From an uncultured candidatus Brocadiaceae bacterium (GTDB lineage: Bacteria; Planctomycetota; Brocadiia; SM23-32): a stretch of 64,000 nt of DNA. Under the pieces are notes generated by a model. That model ran no database searches and had not been told where the DNA came from. It was given only the letters and a program-made list of their open reading frames with translations. Position 1 is the first letter of the stretch. Each line of letters opens with the position of its first letter. Below, in pieces: positions 26,659 to 36,475 of the stretch. The DNA lies in contig CAZEAP010000004.1 in assembly GCA_964510315.1 (NCBI GenBank), positions 641-64,640 of the forward strand, read 5' to 3'. The translations under genes were made by a program, and so were the position numbers.

Positions 26659-29600
26659 ATGACAGAACTGAAAGACACTTTCTCAAATCCCGGGCCCGCT
26701 TACCGCGGTAAGCCGTTCTGGGCCTGGAACGGGGTGCTGGACGCCGAAGAACTCCGACGCCAGGTCCGCGTCATGCACCAGATGGGGCTGGGCGGCTTCT
26801 TCATGCACTCGCGGGTCGGACTCGGCACGCCCTACCTCTCGGAAGAGTGGTTCCGGATGATCCGGGCCTGCGTGGAGGAGGCGCGCCGCCTCGACATGGA
26901 AGCCTGGCTCTACGACGAGGACCGCTGGCCCTCCGGGGCCGCCGGCGGACTGGTGACCAGCGATCCCGCATACCAGCACAGGAACCTCCACATGGTGGCC
27001 TGTCGGCCGGAGGAGGCGGACTTCGACGAGGAGCCCCTGGCGTTGTTCTCCGCCCGAGTGGACGGGGTTACCGTCACCGACCTCCAGCGCCTGCCCGAGG
27101 ACTGGGACGGGGGCGTCGAGCCGGAGGACGCACTCCTGCTGGCCTTCTTCGTCCGACGCGACGAGCCCAGCTCATGGTTCAACGACGCCACCTATCTGGA
27201 CACCATGAGCCACGAGGCCGTCGAGAAGTTCATCGAGGTGACACACGAGGCATATCGGCGCGAGGTGGGGGAGGAGTTCGACGGGGTCATCCCGGGGGTC
27301 TTCACCGACGAACCCCATCACGGCCGCGTCTACGCCGGCGACTGGGCGGAGAACGGAACTTCGTCGGTGCCCTGGACCGATCGGCTGCCCGAGGTCTTCC
27401 GGGAACGCTACGGGTACGACATCCTGGACTACCTGCCGCACATCTTCCTGAACGTTGACGGTGAAGAGATATCCCGGCCCCGCTGGCACTACCACGACTG
27501 CAAGACGTTTCTGTTCGTGGACGCCTTCGGCCGGCTGATATTCGAGTGGTGCGAGGAGAACAGCCTGAGCCTGACCGGGCACGTGCTGGCCGAATCCACC
27601 CTCCGCTCGCAGGCGGGGGTGGGCGGGTCGGCGATGCGGTTCTACGAGTACATGCAGGCCCCCGGCATAGATCAACTGACCGACTGCTGGCGGGAGTACA
27701 CCACCGCCAAGCAGTGCGCCAGCGTGCAGCACCAGATGGGCCGGCGCTGGATGCTTTCGGAACTCTACGGCTGCACCGGCTGGGACTGGCCCTTCGAGGG
27801 TCACAAGGCGGTCGGCGACTGGCAGGCCGTCCTCGGGGTCAACCTCCGCTGCCAGCACCTCTCCTGGTACACCATGGCCGGCCAGGCCAAGCGCGACTAC
27901 CCGGCCTCCATCCTCCACCAGTCCCCCTGGTGGCGTCACTACAGCAAGGTGGAGGATTATTTCGGGCGCGTCAACACACTGATGAGCAGGGGCGAGCCGG
28001 TCCGCGGGCTCCTGGTCATCCACCCCGTCGAGAGCTGCTGGGCCAGGGCCACGGTCAAGTGGCACGACGATCCGGAGATCGACCGGCTGGAGGAGGAGTT
28101 CGACGCTCTGATCAACTGGCTGCTGGAGGCGCACCTGGACTTCGACTACGGCGACGAGGACATCATGTCGCGGCACGGCGGGACCGAAGGCGGCGCGACG
28201 CCGGCCCTGATCGTGGGAGAGGCGGCCTACGACGCCGTCCTCGTGCCGCCCGTCGATACCCTCCGGGCCTCTACCGTGGACCTGCTGGAGGACTTTGCGG
28301 AAGCCGGCGGACTGATCGTCTTCGCCGGCGCGGCGCCGGGACGAGTCGACGCCGAGAAGTCCGACCGGGCCGACAAGCTGGCCGACCGCTGCCGATGTGT
28401 GCCCTTCGAGCGCGGGCCCGTCCTGGAGGCGGTGGAACCCGGCCGAACGCTGAGCGTCCGGGACGGCAGCGGACAGGAGAAGGCCGAGGTCTTCTATCGG
28501 CTGCACAGGGAGGGGGAGCGCCGGTTCCTCTTCCTCATCAACACCGACCGCGAGAACCCCACGGGCCCCCTGACCCTCTGCCTGCCCGGCGAAGGGGCGG
28601 TGCAGCTGTGGGACGCCGAGACGGGCCGGCGCTTCTCGGTGGATGCGGAGACGACCGAGGAGGGGCTCAACTTCACAACGGAGATGCCGCCGACCGGAAG
28701 CAGGCTGTTCGTGATCGACCCGGAGGCCGAAGAGCTGCCCGCCGTTCCGGCTCTGAAAGAGACGCGTTCGGTTGAACTGCCCGAAGATGCGTGGACTGCG
28801 GAGCTGACCGACTACAACGTCCTGGTGCTGGACAGGCCGGAATACCGCGTCGGCGACGGCGAATGGCAGGGGCCGCTGGAGGTGCTGCGGGCCGACCGGG
28901 AGATACGGGAGGCGGCGGGACTGCCGCCCCGGAGCGGCCGTATGGTGCAGCCCTGGGCGCGCCCGCAGAAGACCGGCCCAACCGCATCGGTCGGCCTCCG
29001 GTATCGGTTCGGGGCTGACGATCGGCCGCCGGGGCCGCTCTTCCTGGCACTGGAGAATCCCGAGTACTTCGAGATCTCCCTCAACGGCGCTCCCGTTCCC
29101 ACCGAAGGAGAGTTCGGCTGGTGGGTGGACAAGGCCATCCGGCTGCTGCCCCTCGACGAGGCGGCGCTCCTGGCCGGAGAGAACGAGTTGCTGCTGACCG
29201 CACAGATGGACCGTGACTGTGACCTGGAGGCGTGCTTCCTCCTGGGCGAGTTTGCGGTGGCCGTGGACGGAGCGGAGGCGTCGATCCAGGGGCCGCCGGG
29301 AAACGTGGCCCTTGGGGACTGGCGCGGACAGGGACTGCCGTTCTACTCCGGCTCCGTGGTTCTCCGCGCCGACGTGCGGGTGTCGCCGGGTGCCGACGAA
29401 CGCCTGTTCGTGGAGGTGCCGGAGTTCGGCGGCGCCTGCGTCCGGGTTCTGGTCGACGGGCGGGAGGCCGGCGTTATCGGCTGGCAGCCGCACGAGGTGG
29501 AGATCACCGACCTGGTCTCGGGCAAGGAGGAGGCGGAGCTGGCGCTGGAGGTGGTTTCTCATCGTCGCAACGCCTTCGGGCCCCTGCACCACACGTCCGA

Positions 29601-29721
29601 CGACCTCGATTTCGTCGGCCCCGGCAGTTTCGTCAGCGGCGGGGATGACTGGCAGGAGGAGTACAACCTGGTGCCTACGGGCTGCCTGGCGCCGCCCCGC
29701 CTGAGCGTCCGTGAGGGCTGA
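26659..29721 (+). CDS. Large putative glycoside hydrolase (TIM-barrel-like N-terminal domain plus beta-sandwich domains), 1020 aa
   Basis: N-terminal GKPFWAWNGVLDAEELRRQVRVMHQMGLGGFFMHSRVGLGTPYLSEEWF is the hallmark of a GH-like family (GH106-type architecture). Start ATG at 26659 after GGGAGGCGGAGG. Confidence 0.65.
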   Translation: MTELKDTFSNPGPAYRGKPFWAWNGVLDAEELRRQVRVMHQMGLGGFFMHSRVGLGTPYLSEEWFRMIRACVEEARRLDMEAWLYDEDRWPSGAAGGLVTSDPAYQHRNLHMVACRPEEADFDEEPLALFSARVDGVTVTDLQRLPEDWDGGVEPEDALLLAFFVRRDEPSSWFNDATYLDTMSHEAVEKFIEVTHEAYRREVGEEFDGVIPGVFTDEPHHGRVYAGDWAENGTSSVPWTDRLPEVFRERYGYDILDYLPHIFLNVDGEEISRPRWHYHDCKTFLFVDAFGRLIFEWCEENSLSLTGHVLAESTLRSQAGVGGSAMRFYEYMQAPGIDQLTDCWREYTTAKQCASVQHQMGRRWMLSELYGCTGWDWPFEGHKAVGDWQAVLGVNLRCQHLSWYTMAGQAKRDYPASILHQSPWWRHYSKVEDYFGRVNTLMSRGEPVRGLLVIHPVESCWARATVKWHDDPEIDRLEEEFDALINWLLEAHLDFDYGDEDIMSRHGGTEGGATPALIVGEAAYDAVLVPPVDTLRASTVDLLEDFAEAGGLIVFAGAAPGRVDAEKSDRADKLADRCRCVPFERGPVLEAVEPGRTLSVRDGSGQEKAEVFYRLHREGERRFLFLINTDRENPTGPLTLCLPGEGAVQLWDAETGRRFSVDAETTEEGLNFTTEMPPTGSRLFVIDPEAEELPAVPALKETRSVELPEDAWTAELTDYNVLVLDRPEYRVGDGEWQGPLEVLRADREIREAAGLPPRSGRMVQPWARPQKTGPTASVGLRYRFGADDRPPGPLFLALENPEYFEISLNGAPVPTEGEFGWWVDKAIRLLPLDEAALLAGENELLLTAQMDRDCDLEACFLLGEFAVAVDGAEASIQGPPGNVALGDWRGQGLPFYSGSVVLRADVRVSPGADERLFVEVPEFGGACVRVLVDGREAGVIGWQPHEVEITDLVSGKEEAELALEVVSHRRNAFGPLHHTSDDLDFVGPGSFVSGGDDWQEEYNLVPTGCLAPPRLSVREG

Positions 29722-30095
29722 CGCCGGCGCGCCCGTCGTGCGCCCTCAAGTTGCACGTTCCACGTTTTGCCCGGGGCCGGAAACATAGGGCTGGCAGAAT
29801 GTGCGGCCAGTATCCGCTGTGTGTTTCATACAACACGGCGGGGCCGAGCGTGTAGATACAGTGCAGGGCGACGGTCGGTTGCCTCATTTGCCCTTGGTTC
29901 GGTGGCTATGGGCCTGTCCGCCCCCCGCAGAACCCGGTGTGATCCGGTCCTTCTTCCGGCAAGCTGTCGAGCCGAGAGGGTAGCGGCTTCCTGCGCGTTG
30001 CCCCGACCATCCCGCAACGTCCAACCCTCCGGAGGCAGGGACCGGAGGGACAGAACTCCATCTACCGGGTCAAACGCCTGCCCCGGCAGCCCGGC

Positions 30096-31382
30096 TCACT
30101 TCCCGCGGGGCTGCCGCTGGAGCATCTTCTCCCACTGCTCCTCCGCGCGGGAGACGTCGACGGGTCTGCCCCCCCGGTGCAGCGTCAGGGACTGGCCTCC
30201 GGTGACGCGGCGGGTGGTACCTTCTGTCTTAACTTTTACTTCTCCTTCGAAGACGGTCAGGGTGATGGTGTCGCGCCCGGGGGTTTCCAGCTCCGCCCGG
30301 CCGGTCTCCACAGCAGCGGTGCCGGGCCCGGCGTGGAGGGTGAAGGAGGGCGTGCCGGGGGGCGATACGACGAGGGCCTTCCCCACGTGGAGGGTTCCCT
30401 TGCGGGGTCCCTGCACCCGGAAGCGCCCCTCCGGGGCCAGGTGCAGCACCGTCTCGTCGGCGCCGAAGCTGATTTCCGCGAGGGCTTCCTTCCCCGTGCT
30501 GCAGACCGCACCGCGGCGGAGGCTTCGGGACTGCCCGGGCTTCACGAGCCGGGGCCCGGCAGTGACCCTTCCCCGCACGGCTTCTACGTCGGCCACCGGC
30601 CAGTAGCCGAACCAGGCCAACAGGGCGCCGGCGACCAGGACGATGCTGCCCGTGAAACGCAGGAACACGGACAGGGTGGCGCGGCTCGGAGCGGCGAGCA
30701 CCACCCCCAGATCGTAGAGGATGATGAAGGTGACCGCCATCATGATCTGGGTGAGGGGATCGGGCGGGGTAAGGAAGGCGCCCACCACGAACGCGCCGAG
30801 AATCACTCCTTTCCGCGCCCCCTGCAGGCCTTCCGGGCTGACGATGCGCCAGCGGATGAGGAAGTAGATAACGATCGGCGTCTGGAACACTACCCCCAGA
30901 GCAAGGGTCAGAAGGAAGAAAGTGGTCAGGTAGGCCCCGATCATCAGCACCGGCTCGGTGGCCGAACCGCTGAGCAACAGCAGGTAGCGCAGGGCGGCCG
31001 GCACGAAGACGAAGTAGCCGAAGCAGACGCCCGCAAAGAAGCAGACCACGCAGGCGGCGCCGAGCCAGATGACCTTCCGGCGTTCCTGGTGGAAGAGTCC
31101 GGGGGAGATGAACGCCCACAACTGGTAGATGATCACGGGGGCGGCGGCGACCAACGCGGCCAGGGCGCAGGCCTTCAACTGCGCCACCACCGGTTCGAGG
31201 TAGCTCTGGAACTTGAGGGTGGGGTCCAGCTCGAAGGCCCGCATTACCCGGACGTGCGGCCAGGTGAGCACGCCGATCAGTCGCTCCCGGAACAGCCAGC
31301 AGGCCAGGAACGCGAGCCCGGCGGCGATCAGGCATATGACGACCCGGCGCCGCAGCTCCCCCAGATGCGCCCCGAGGGGCAT
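30096..31382 (-). CDS. tatC: Sec-independent translocase TatC with C-terminal extension carrying an extra TM helix and a FecR-like domain
   Basis: TatC core runs from MPLGAHLGELRRRVV to about residue 255. The ~180-aa extension has ETVLHLAPEGRFRV...GTLHVGKALVV...FTLHAGPGTAAVETG...ITLTVFEGEVKVKTEG...GGQSLTL, a periodicity like FecR (PF04773). Confidence 0.8.
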   Translation of the reverse strand: MPLGAHLGELRRRVVICLIAAGLAFLACWLFRERLIGVLTWPHVRVMRAFELDPTLKFQSYLEPVVAQLKACALAALVAAAPVIIYQLWAFISPGLFHQERRKVIWLGAACVVCFFAGVCFGYFVFVPAALRYLLLLSGSATEPVLMIGAYLTTFFLLTLALGVVFQTPIVIYFLIRWRIVSPEGLQGARKGVILGAFVVGAFLTPPDPLTQIMMAVTFIILYDLGVVLAAPSRATLSVFLRFTGSIVLVAGALLAWFGYWPVADVEAVRGRVTAGPRLVKPGQSRSLRRGAVCSTGKEALAEISFGADETVLHLAPEGRFRVQGPRKGTLHVGKALVVSPPGTPSFTLHAGPGTAAVETGRAELETPGRDTITLTVFEGEVKVKTEGTTRRVTGGQSLTLHRGGRPVDVSRAEEQWEKMLQRQPRGK

Positions 31383-31526
31383 CGTCGCTATGTCCCGTTC
31401 GGCTTCGTCCAGTGCCACGGCTCCGGCCGGTCCCCTTCCCAAAGCAGCTCTCGAAGCGCATTATACAGAGCACCGCAGCCGTGGTAAACTACGCCGCGAG
31501 TTGGTCAAAAGGCCGAGAGGTGCCCG

Positions 31527-31991
31527 ATGGATACTGTAGAGGAAAAACTGCGGGAGATGGGTCTGGAGCTCCCCTCGCCCCCCGAATCGCTGGCCCGCTA
31601 CGCGCCCGCGAAGCTGGTGGACCGGATGGTGTACTGTTCCGGCCAACTTCCACTGGAGCGGGGGCGCCTTATGCACGCCGGGAGCATCGGTCGGGAGGTG
31701 ACGGTGACGCAGGGGCGCCGATGCGCGGCTCAGTGCGTTTTGAGATGCCTGGCGGCCGCCAGGGGTGTACTGGGGGAACTGGACCGGATCGAGCAGATCG
31801 TGCAGGTCCGCGGCTTCGTCAACAGCGCCCCTGGATTCTCCCAGCAGACCGAGGTGCTCAACGGGGCCTCCGAGCTGCTGGTGGAGCTTTTCGGGGAGAA
31901 CGGGAGGCATGCCCGCGCGGCGGTGGGCGCCTGCGGCCTGCCGCTGGACGCACCGGTGGAGCTGGAGATGCAGATGCGGGTGGGGCCCTGA
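31527..31991 (+). CDS. RidA/YjgF/L-PSP family protein
   Basis: VYCSGQLPLERGRL...AAQCVLRCLAAARGVLGELDRIEQIVQVRGFV...RAAVGACGLPLDAPVELEM fits the RidA fold. 154 aa. Confidence 0.8.
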   Translation: MDTVEEKLREMGLELPSPPESLARYAPAKLVDRMVYCSGQLPLERGRLMHAGSIGREVTVTQGRRCAAQCVLRCLAAARGVLGELDRIEQIVQVRGFVNSAPGFSQQTEVLNGASELLVELFGENGRHARAAVGACGLPLDAPVELEMQMRVGP

Positions 31992-31998
31992 GGAAAGC

Positions 31999-33465
31999 TC
32001 AGTACTCTTTGCGCTGCCGGGAGGAGGGGATCTCCAGTATCTTCCGGTATTTGGAGACGGTTCGGCGGGCAATGTCGATACCCTTTTCGGCCAGCTTGGC
32101 GGCCAGTTGCTCGTCGCTGTAGGGGTCGGATTTATCCTCGTTCTCGATAATGTGCTGGAGTTTGCGGCGGACCACCTCCCATGACTCCATCTCTCCGTTG
32201 GCCTTCTCCAGGCCGCCGGTGAAGAAGTGCTTCATCGAGAAGATTCCCTGGGGGGTCTGCATGTATTTCCCGCTGATCGCGCGGCTGACCGTGGAGACGT
32301 GGACGTCCACCTTGTCGGCGATCTCCTGCATCTTCAGGGGTTTCAGGTGCATCGGTCCCCGCCGGAGGAACTCCTCCTGTTCCTCCACAATGGCCGTGGC
32401 GATGTTGAAGAGGGTGCTTCGCCGCTGCTGGATGGCGTCGATCAACCAGCGGGCGCTCTGCAGCTTCTCCTTGAGGTACTCCCGGGTCTTCGGGTCCAGC
32501 CCCTTCTGCTGAAGTCGGCGGGCGTAGTAGTTGCAGATGCGCAGCGAAGGCAGGTTCGAATCCTCCAGCACCACCCGGAACTCCCCTTCCACCCACTCGA
32601 CCCGCACGTCGGGTATCACGTGGGGCGCGCCCTCCTCCCCGAACAGAGCCCCGGGGATGGGGTTGAGCCGGGCGATCTTCTCCACCCCCGCCTTCAGCTC
32701 ATCCATTGTGCACCCCATGGACTTGGTAACACGCGGATACCTGTTCTTGGCGATGTCCTCGAAGTGTTCCTGGATGAGCGTGCGGAGGAACTCGTAGTCG
32801 GGGTCTTCCGGGTCGAGCTGGATCACCAGGCATTCCTTGATGTCGCGGGCGCCGACGCCGGGCGGTTCCAGCAGGTGGATGATGCTCAGGGCTTCCTCGG
32901 CCTGTTCGATGGTGACGTCCTGCTCCATCGAATCGGCGATCTCCTCCAGCGGGTACTCCAGGTAGCCCCGCCAGTCGAGGTTGGCGACGATATTCTCGCA
33001 GACAGGTTCCAGCTCCGGACCGACGTCGAAGTAGGGCAACTGGCGCAGCAGGTGTTCTTCCAGGGAGATGTCGGGGGCGGGGGAGTTCTCGAGGGCGGCG
33101 CGTTTTGGGTCCTTCTCCCCGTCCGTCGAGGCACGGGGCCGGGGGCCGTAGAGGTCGTATTCGGACGGCTGGATCATATCCTCCAGCGCGTCGAAATCCT
33201 CGCTTTCGAGTGGTTCCTCCTCTTCCTCTTCTTCCTGGGTTTCGACCTCTTCTACCGGCCCCTCTTCCTCCTGGCTCTGTTCGGACTCCTCTCCTTCCTC
33301 GGCCTCCTCCCCGATCTCCAGGAGGGGGTTTTCCAACAGTTCCTGGTCTATTCGGTTGCGCAGTTCCAGGAGGGGGAGCTGAAGTATTTCGATGGACTGT
33401 ATGATCTGCGGCGCCAGTTTAAGGCGCATCTCCTGGCGCGCTTGCAGACTGGCTTCCAGTCTCAT
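31999..33465 (-). CDS. rpoN: RNA polymerase sigma-54 factor
   Basis: Acidic region II, HTH, and the C-terminal RpoN box ARRTVSKYRKILEIPSSRQRK. 488 aa. Confidence 0.95.
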   Translation of the reverse strand: MRLEASLQARQEMRLKLAPQIIQSIEILQLPLLELRNRIDQELLENPLLEIGEEAEEGEESEQSQEEEGPVEEVETQEEEEEEEPLESEDFDALEDMIQPSEYDLYGPRPRASTDGEKDPKRAALENSPAPDISLEEHLLRQLPYFDVGPELEPVCENIVANLDWRGYLEYPLEEIADSMEQDVTIEQAEEALSIIHLLEPPGVGARDIKECLVIQLDPEDPDYEFLRTLIQEHFEDIAKNRYPRVTKSMGCTMDELKAGVEKIARLNPIPGALFGEEGAPHVIPDVRVEWVEGEFRVVLEDSNLPSLRICNYYARRLQQKGLDPKTREYLKEKLQSARWLIDAIQQRRSTLFNIATAIVEEQEEFLRRGPMHLKPLKMQEIADKVDVHVSTVSRAISGKYMQTPQGIFSMKHFFTGGLEKANGEMESWEVVRRKLQHIIENEDKSDPYSDEQLAAKLAEKGIDIARRTVSKYRKILEIPSSRQRKEY

Positions 33466-33472
33466 TCAGCTC

Positions 33473-34105
33473 TCACCTGCCCTCTGCTTCAGGCCCCATC
33501 TCACCTTCCATCCGGCGCCGGCCCTCAAGAGCATCCGCGAGGACGGAAGCATTCGCATATTGCAGTTGACTACCTGAGGGCAAACCGCGTGCCAATCTGG
33601 TGATCTCGACCGGCATGGCCTCCAGAGCTTCCCGGACGAACAGCGCCGTCGCTTCCCCTTCCATGTCGGCGTTGCAGGCCAGGATCACCTCTTCGACCTC
33701 CCCGCTGCTGAGCCGTTCCAGCAGGCCGTCCACCGTCAGGTCCTTCGGCTCCATTCCCTCCAGCGGGGCCAGCCGCCCGCAGAGCACGTGGTAGAGGCCG
33801 CGATAGCCGGTCTTCTCCATGGCCACCACGTCCTTGGACTGCTCGACGACGCAGACCGTCGAGCGGTCCCTCCCCGGGTCGCTGCAGATCGGGCAGGGGT
33901 CGCTCTCGGAGAAGTGGTAGCAGACAGAGCACTGCTTGATTCGTTCTTTTACGTCCCTGATGGCGTCGGCCAGTTGCAGGGCCTCTTCCCTGGAGAGGCG
34001 CAGGACGTGATAGGCCAGCCGTTCGGCGGTTCTCTCGCCGACACCGGGCATCCTGGTCAGCAAACCCATCAACTGCTGGAACGATTCGGTATAGCCTTCG
34101 GCCAC
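33473..34105 (-). CDS. recR: Recombination protein RecR
   Basis: LTRMPGVGERTAERLAYHVL HhH, C4 zinc finger CSVCYHFSESDPCPIC, Toprim domain. Part of the conserved dnaX-ybaB-recR cluster. Confidence 0.95.
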   Translation of the reverse strand: MAEGYTESFQQLMGLLTRMPGVGERTAERLAYHVLRLSREEALQLADAIRDVKERIKQCSVCYHFSESDPCPICSDPGRDRSTVCVVEQSKDVVAMEKTGYRGLYHVLCGRLAPLEGMEPKDLTVDGLLERLSSGEVEEVILACNADMEGEATALFVREALEAMPVEITRLARGLPSGSQLQYANASVLADALEGRRRMEGEMGPEAEGR

Positions 34106-34168
34106 CTGTCAACGTCCCCTGCAAGCGTCCCGCTCATTTTAGCTTTCGGTCCGGGCGTTCTCAACGTC

Positions 34169-34519
34169 TCAGAGGAGCCCCTCCAGTCCGGGCAGCCCCA
34201 GGCCGCCGGTGGCTTTCTGCCGCTCGGATTCCTCCAGTTCCTTCGCCTTTTTGAGGCCCTGTCGGACGGCGGCCAGTATCATTTCCTGGAGGAATTCCGG
34301 GTCTTCCTCCTGGAGCACTTCGGGGTCGATCTGCACGTCCAGGGGTTCCTGCAGGCCGTTGAAGACGACCTTGACCATTCCGCCTCCGGCGGAGCCCTCG
34401 ACGGCCCTGTCGCGCAGATCATCCTCGATCTCCTGCATCCGTCGCTGCAGGTCTTTCATGTGCTTCTGGGCTTTTTTCATCAAGTTGCCCAGATCGCCGC
34501 CTCCGCCAAGACCTCTCAT
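34169..34519 (-). CDS. ybaB: Nucleoid-associated protein YbaB/EbfC
   Basis: GGGGDLGNLMKKAQKHMKDLQRRMQEI is the canonical YbaB N-terminus. 116 aa. Lies between dnaX and recR. Confidence 0.9.
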   Translation of the reverse strand: MRGLGGGGDLGNLMKKAQKHMKDLQRRMQEIEDDLRDRAVEGSAGGGMVKVVFNGLQEPLDVQIDPEVLQEEDPEFLQEMILAAVRQGLKKAKELEESERQKATGGLGLPGLEGLL

Positions 34520-34523
34520 CGGT

Positions 34524-36014
34524 TCACTCCTCCTCGGGCGATTGTTCCCGTTCAGTCTGCTCCGGCTCCCGGCCTTTGCTCAATTTCTGGGGGCTGAGGC
34601 CCAGGGTCTGGTCCGCCTGCAGGAATGCCTGCACCAGCGGCTTCTGCTCCAGGGCTTCCCGGGCCACGTCCGCATCCTCGGCGCTGGCCACCAGTTCACG
34701 ATACCTGGCCGGGTTCATGCCATTCGGGGCCGAGTTCTGTTTCTCTCCGCCGGGCTCATCCGAAGAGGGCTTTTTTTTGAGCTTTTGCTGCATGCGCCGC
34801 AGAACGCCGACCGTCCGCGCTCCGTCACCGGGGTTCTCCGAGGCTTCCTCGGGGTGGGTTGGGGCGCTCTGCCGGGAGGGGGCCTCCCCGCCGGTCTTCA
34901 ACTGCTGGAGCGCCTCCTCCAGGGGCATCAGGTCGGAGAGCCGGCTCATCTTTACCACGGCCAATTCCAGCGCGATCCGCCCGGTCACTTCCCTTCGCGC
35001 CCGGAGCCCGGCCTCCCGCAGCAACTGGATCATGTAGATCAACCGGTCGGGTGCAAAAAGCTCGCACTGGCGGCGCAGGGTCTCTGCATCGGCCGCGGCT
35101 CCCGCCAGCGGGGCCGCTTCCGGGCCACAGTATGATGCGATCAGCAGGTCCCTCAGGTAGCGGCCCATCTGGTCGGCAAAGTCATCAACGGCCGTTCCCC
35201 CGGAGAGGGCTTTCTCCAGCAGTTCCAGGGCGGGGGAGGTGTCCTCGGCGGCGAAGGCGTCCACCATCTCGGTCAGCAGGCCGGTTTCGACCGCTCCCAG
35301 CACCGCGAGCACGTCGCTGAGCGCGATTTCCTCGCCGAAAGCCGCCAACTGGTCCAGCGCGCCGAGGGCGTCCCGTATGCTCCCCCGGGCAGCGCGGGCG
35401 ATGGCCGGCAGGCCGCCTTCCTCCACCTGAAGGCCTTCCTTCGTGCAGACCTCCCTGAGTAAGCCGAGCACCTGCCCGTCGGCGATGCGGTGGAAGTCGA
35501 ACCTCTGGCAGCGGCTGCGCACGGTCTCGGGGAGCTTCCGCGGCTCGGTGGTGGAGAAGATGAACTTCACGTGGGGAGGGGGCTCTTCCAGTGTTTTCAG
35601 CAGCGCGTTGAAGGCGGAGTCGCTCAGCATGTGGACTTCGTCGATGTAGTATACCTTGTAACGGCTGCGCGCCGGGGAAAGGCCGGCGTTCTGGCGGAGC
35701 TGGCGGATGTTGTCCACCCCGGTGTTGGAAGCCCCGTCGATCTCCATCACGTCGATGTCGTGGCCCTCGGCGATGTGGCGGCAGGGCTCGCACTCACAGC
35801 AGGGCTCCGCTGTGGGCCCTTCCTTGCAGTTGAGGGCCTTGGCCAGGATGCGGGCCACGGTCGTTTTGCCGACGCCCCTGGAACCGCAGAACAGGTATGC
35901 GTGGGCCACCCGCCCCGTCCGCACGGCGTTGCGGAGGGTGGTGGTGATATGGTCCTGCCCCACCACTTCCTCGAACCGCTGTGGTCGGTATTTGCGGGCG
36001 AAAACGACGTACAT
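34524..36014 (-). CDS. dnaX: DNA polymerase III subunit gamma/tau
   Basis: Start at the ATG encoding MYVVFARKYRPQRFEEVVGQDHI. Walker A GSRGVGKTT, zinc module CCECEPC, SRC motif. Confidence 0.95.
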   Translation of the reverse strand: MYVVFARKYRPQRFEEVVGQDHITTTLRNAVRTGRVAHAYLFCGSRGVGKTTVARILAKALNCKEGPTAEPCCECEPCRHIAEGHDIDVMEIDGASNTGVDNIRQLRQNAGLSPARSRYKVYYIDEVHMLSDSAFNALLKTLEEPPPHVKFIFSTTEPRKLPETVRSRCQRFDFHRIADGQVLGLLREVCTKEGLQVEEGGLPAIARAARGSIRDALGALDQLAAFGEEIALSDVLAVLGAVETGLLTEMVDAFAAEDTSPALELLEKALSGGTAVDDFADQMGRYLRDLLIASYCGPEAAPLAGAAADAETLRRQCELFAPDRLIYMIQLLREAGLRARREVTGRIALELAVVKMSRLSDLMPLEEALQQLKTGGEAPSRQSAPTHPEEASENPGDGARTVGVLRRMQQKLKKKPSSDEPGGEKQNSAPNGMNPARYRELVASAEDADVAREALEQKPLVQAFLQADQTLGLSPQKLSKGREPEQTEREQSPEEE

Positions 36015-36094
36015 CGGCTTTACTCCGGCGGTTTGAGGAGGGCCGTGCACTCCGCTCGGCCTTGTTTCTTCGGGCAGTGGCCTCCGGAAGCCTC

Positions 36095-36200
36095 GGGACG
36101 AGCCACCCCACGGCAGTCCGGGGTACTGCTTATGGCTGCTGGCTTCCGCCCCTGACCAGGTTCGCAGCCGCCCGGCTCCATGGGACCCGTCCGTCCACAA
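36095..36200 (-). ncRNA. ffs: Signal recognition particle RNA (small bacterial 4.5S type)
   Basis: The minus strand reads AACCUGGUCAGGGGCGGAAGCCAGCAGCCAUAAGCAG, the domain IV consensus with GGAA tetraloop closed by GGC/GCC. Flanking nested helices cccaugg/ccguggg and ccggg/cccgg. The canonical position is immediately upstream of dnaX. Ends are approximate. Confidence 0.6.
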
Positions 36201-36475
36201 CGTCCGGCCGGCCCTTTACCGCAAAGGAACGCAAGCCTCACGAAGCGGTCAGCCCCGCTGAGCGGTTTGCGGGTTACAGGGCACCGCTAACGCCCCGCTT
36301 AGCACGGCCCGGTTTATGTCTTCTCTCAACGTCGACGCTGTCGATTACGGACCATGCGGTACGGTAGCACACGGCCGCGCCGGACGCAACCATAATCCCC
36401 CGCGCGGGGCATTTGACGCACCGTGAAGCTTCCTCTATAGTAGTCGGCGCTCCTGACTTAGGACGAGGTCCCCGC

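Noticed and set aside
23207-29592. Long antisense ORFs 23207-25303 (minus, 698 aa) and 27172-29592 (minus, 806 aa)
   Set aside because: Opposite strand of the nucleotide-sugar dehydrogenase and large GH-like genes. Compositionally biased (R/G/P/A-rich), with no motifs.
35794-36367. Small ORFs upstream of dnaX (35794-36111 minus, 36020-36241 minus, 35981-36367 plus)
   Set aside because: The region is better explained by the SRP RNA gene and the dnaX 5' end. The ORFs lack motifs and overlap the conserved RNA.
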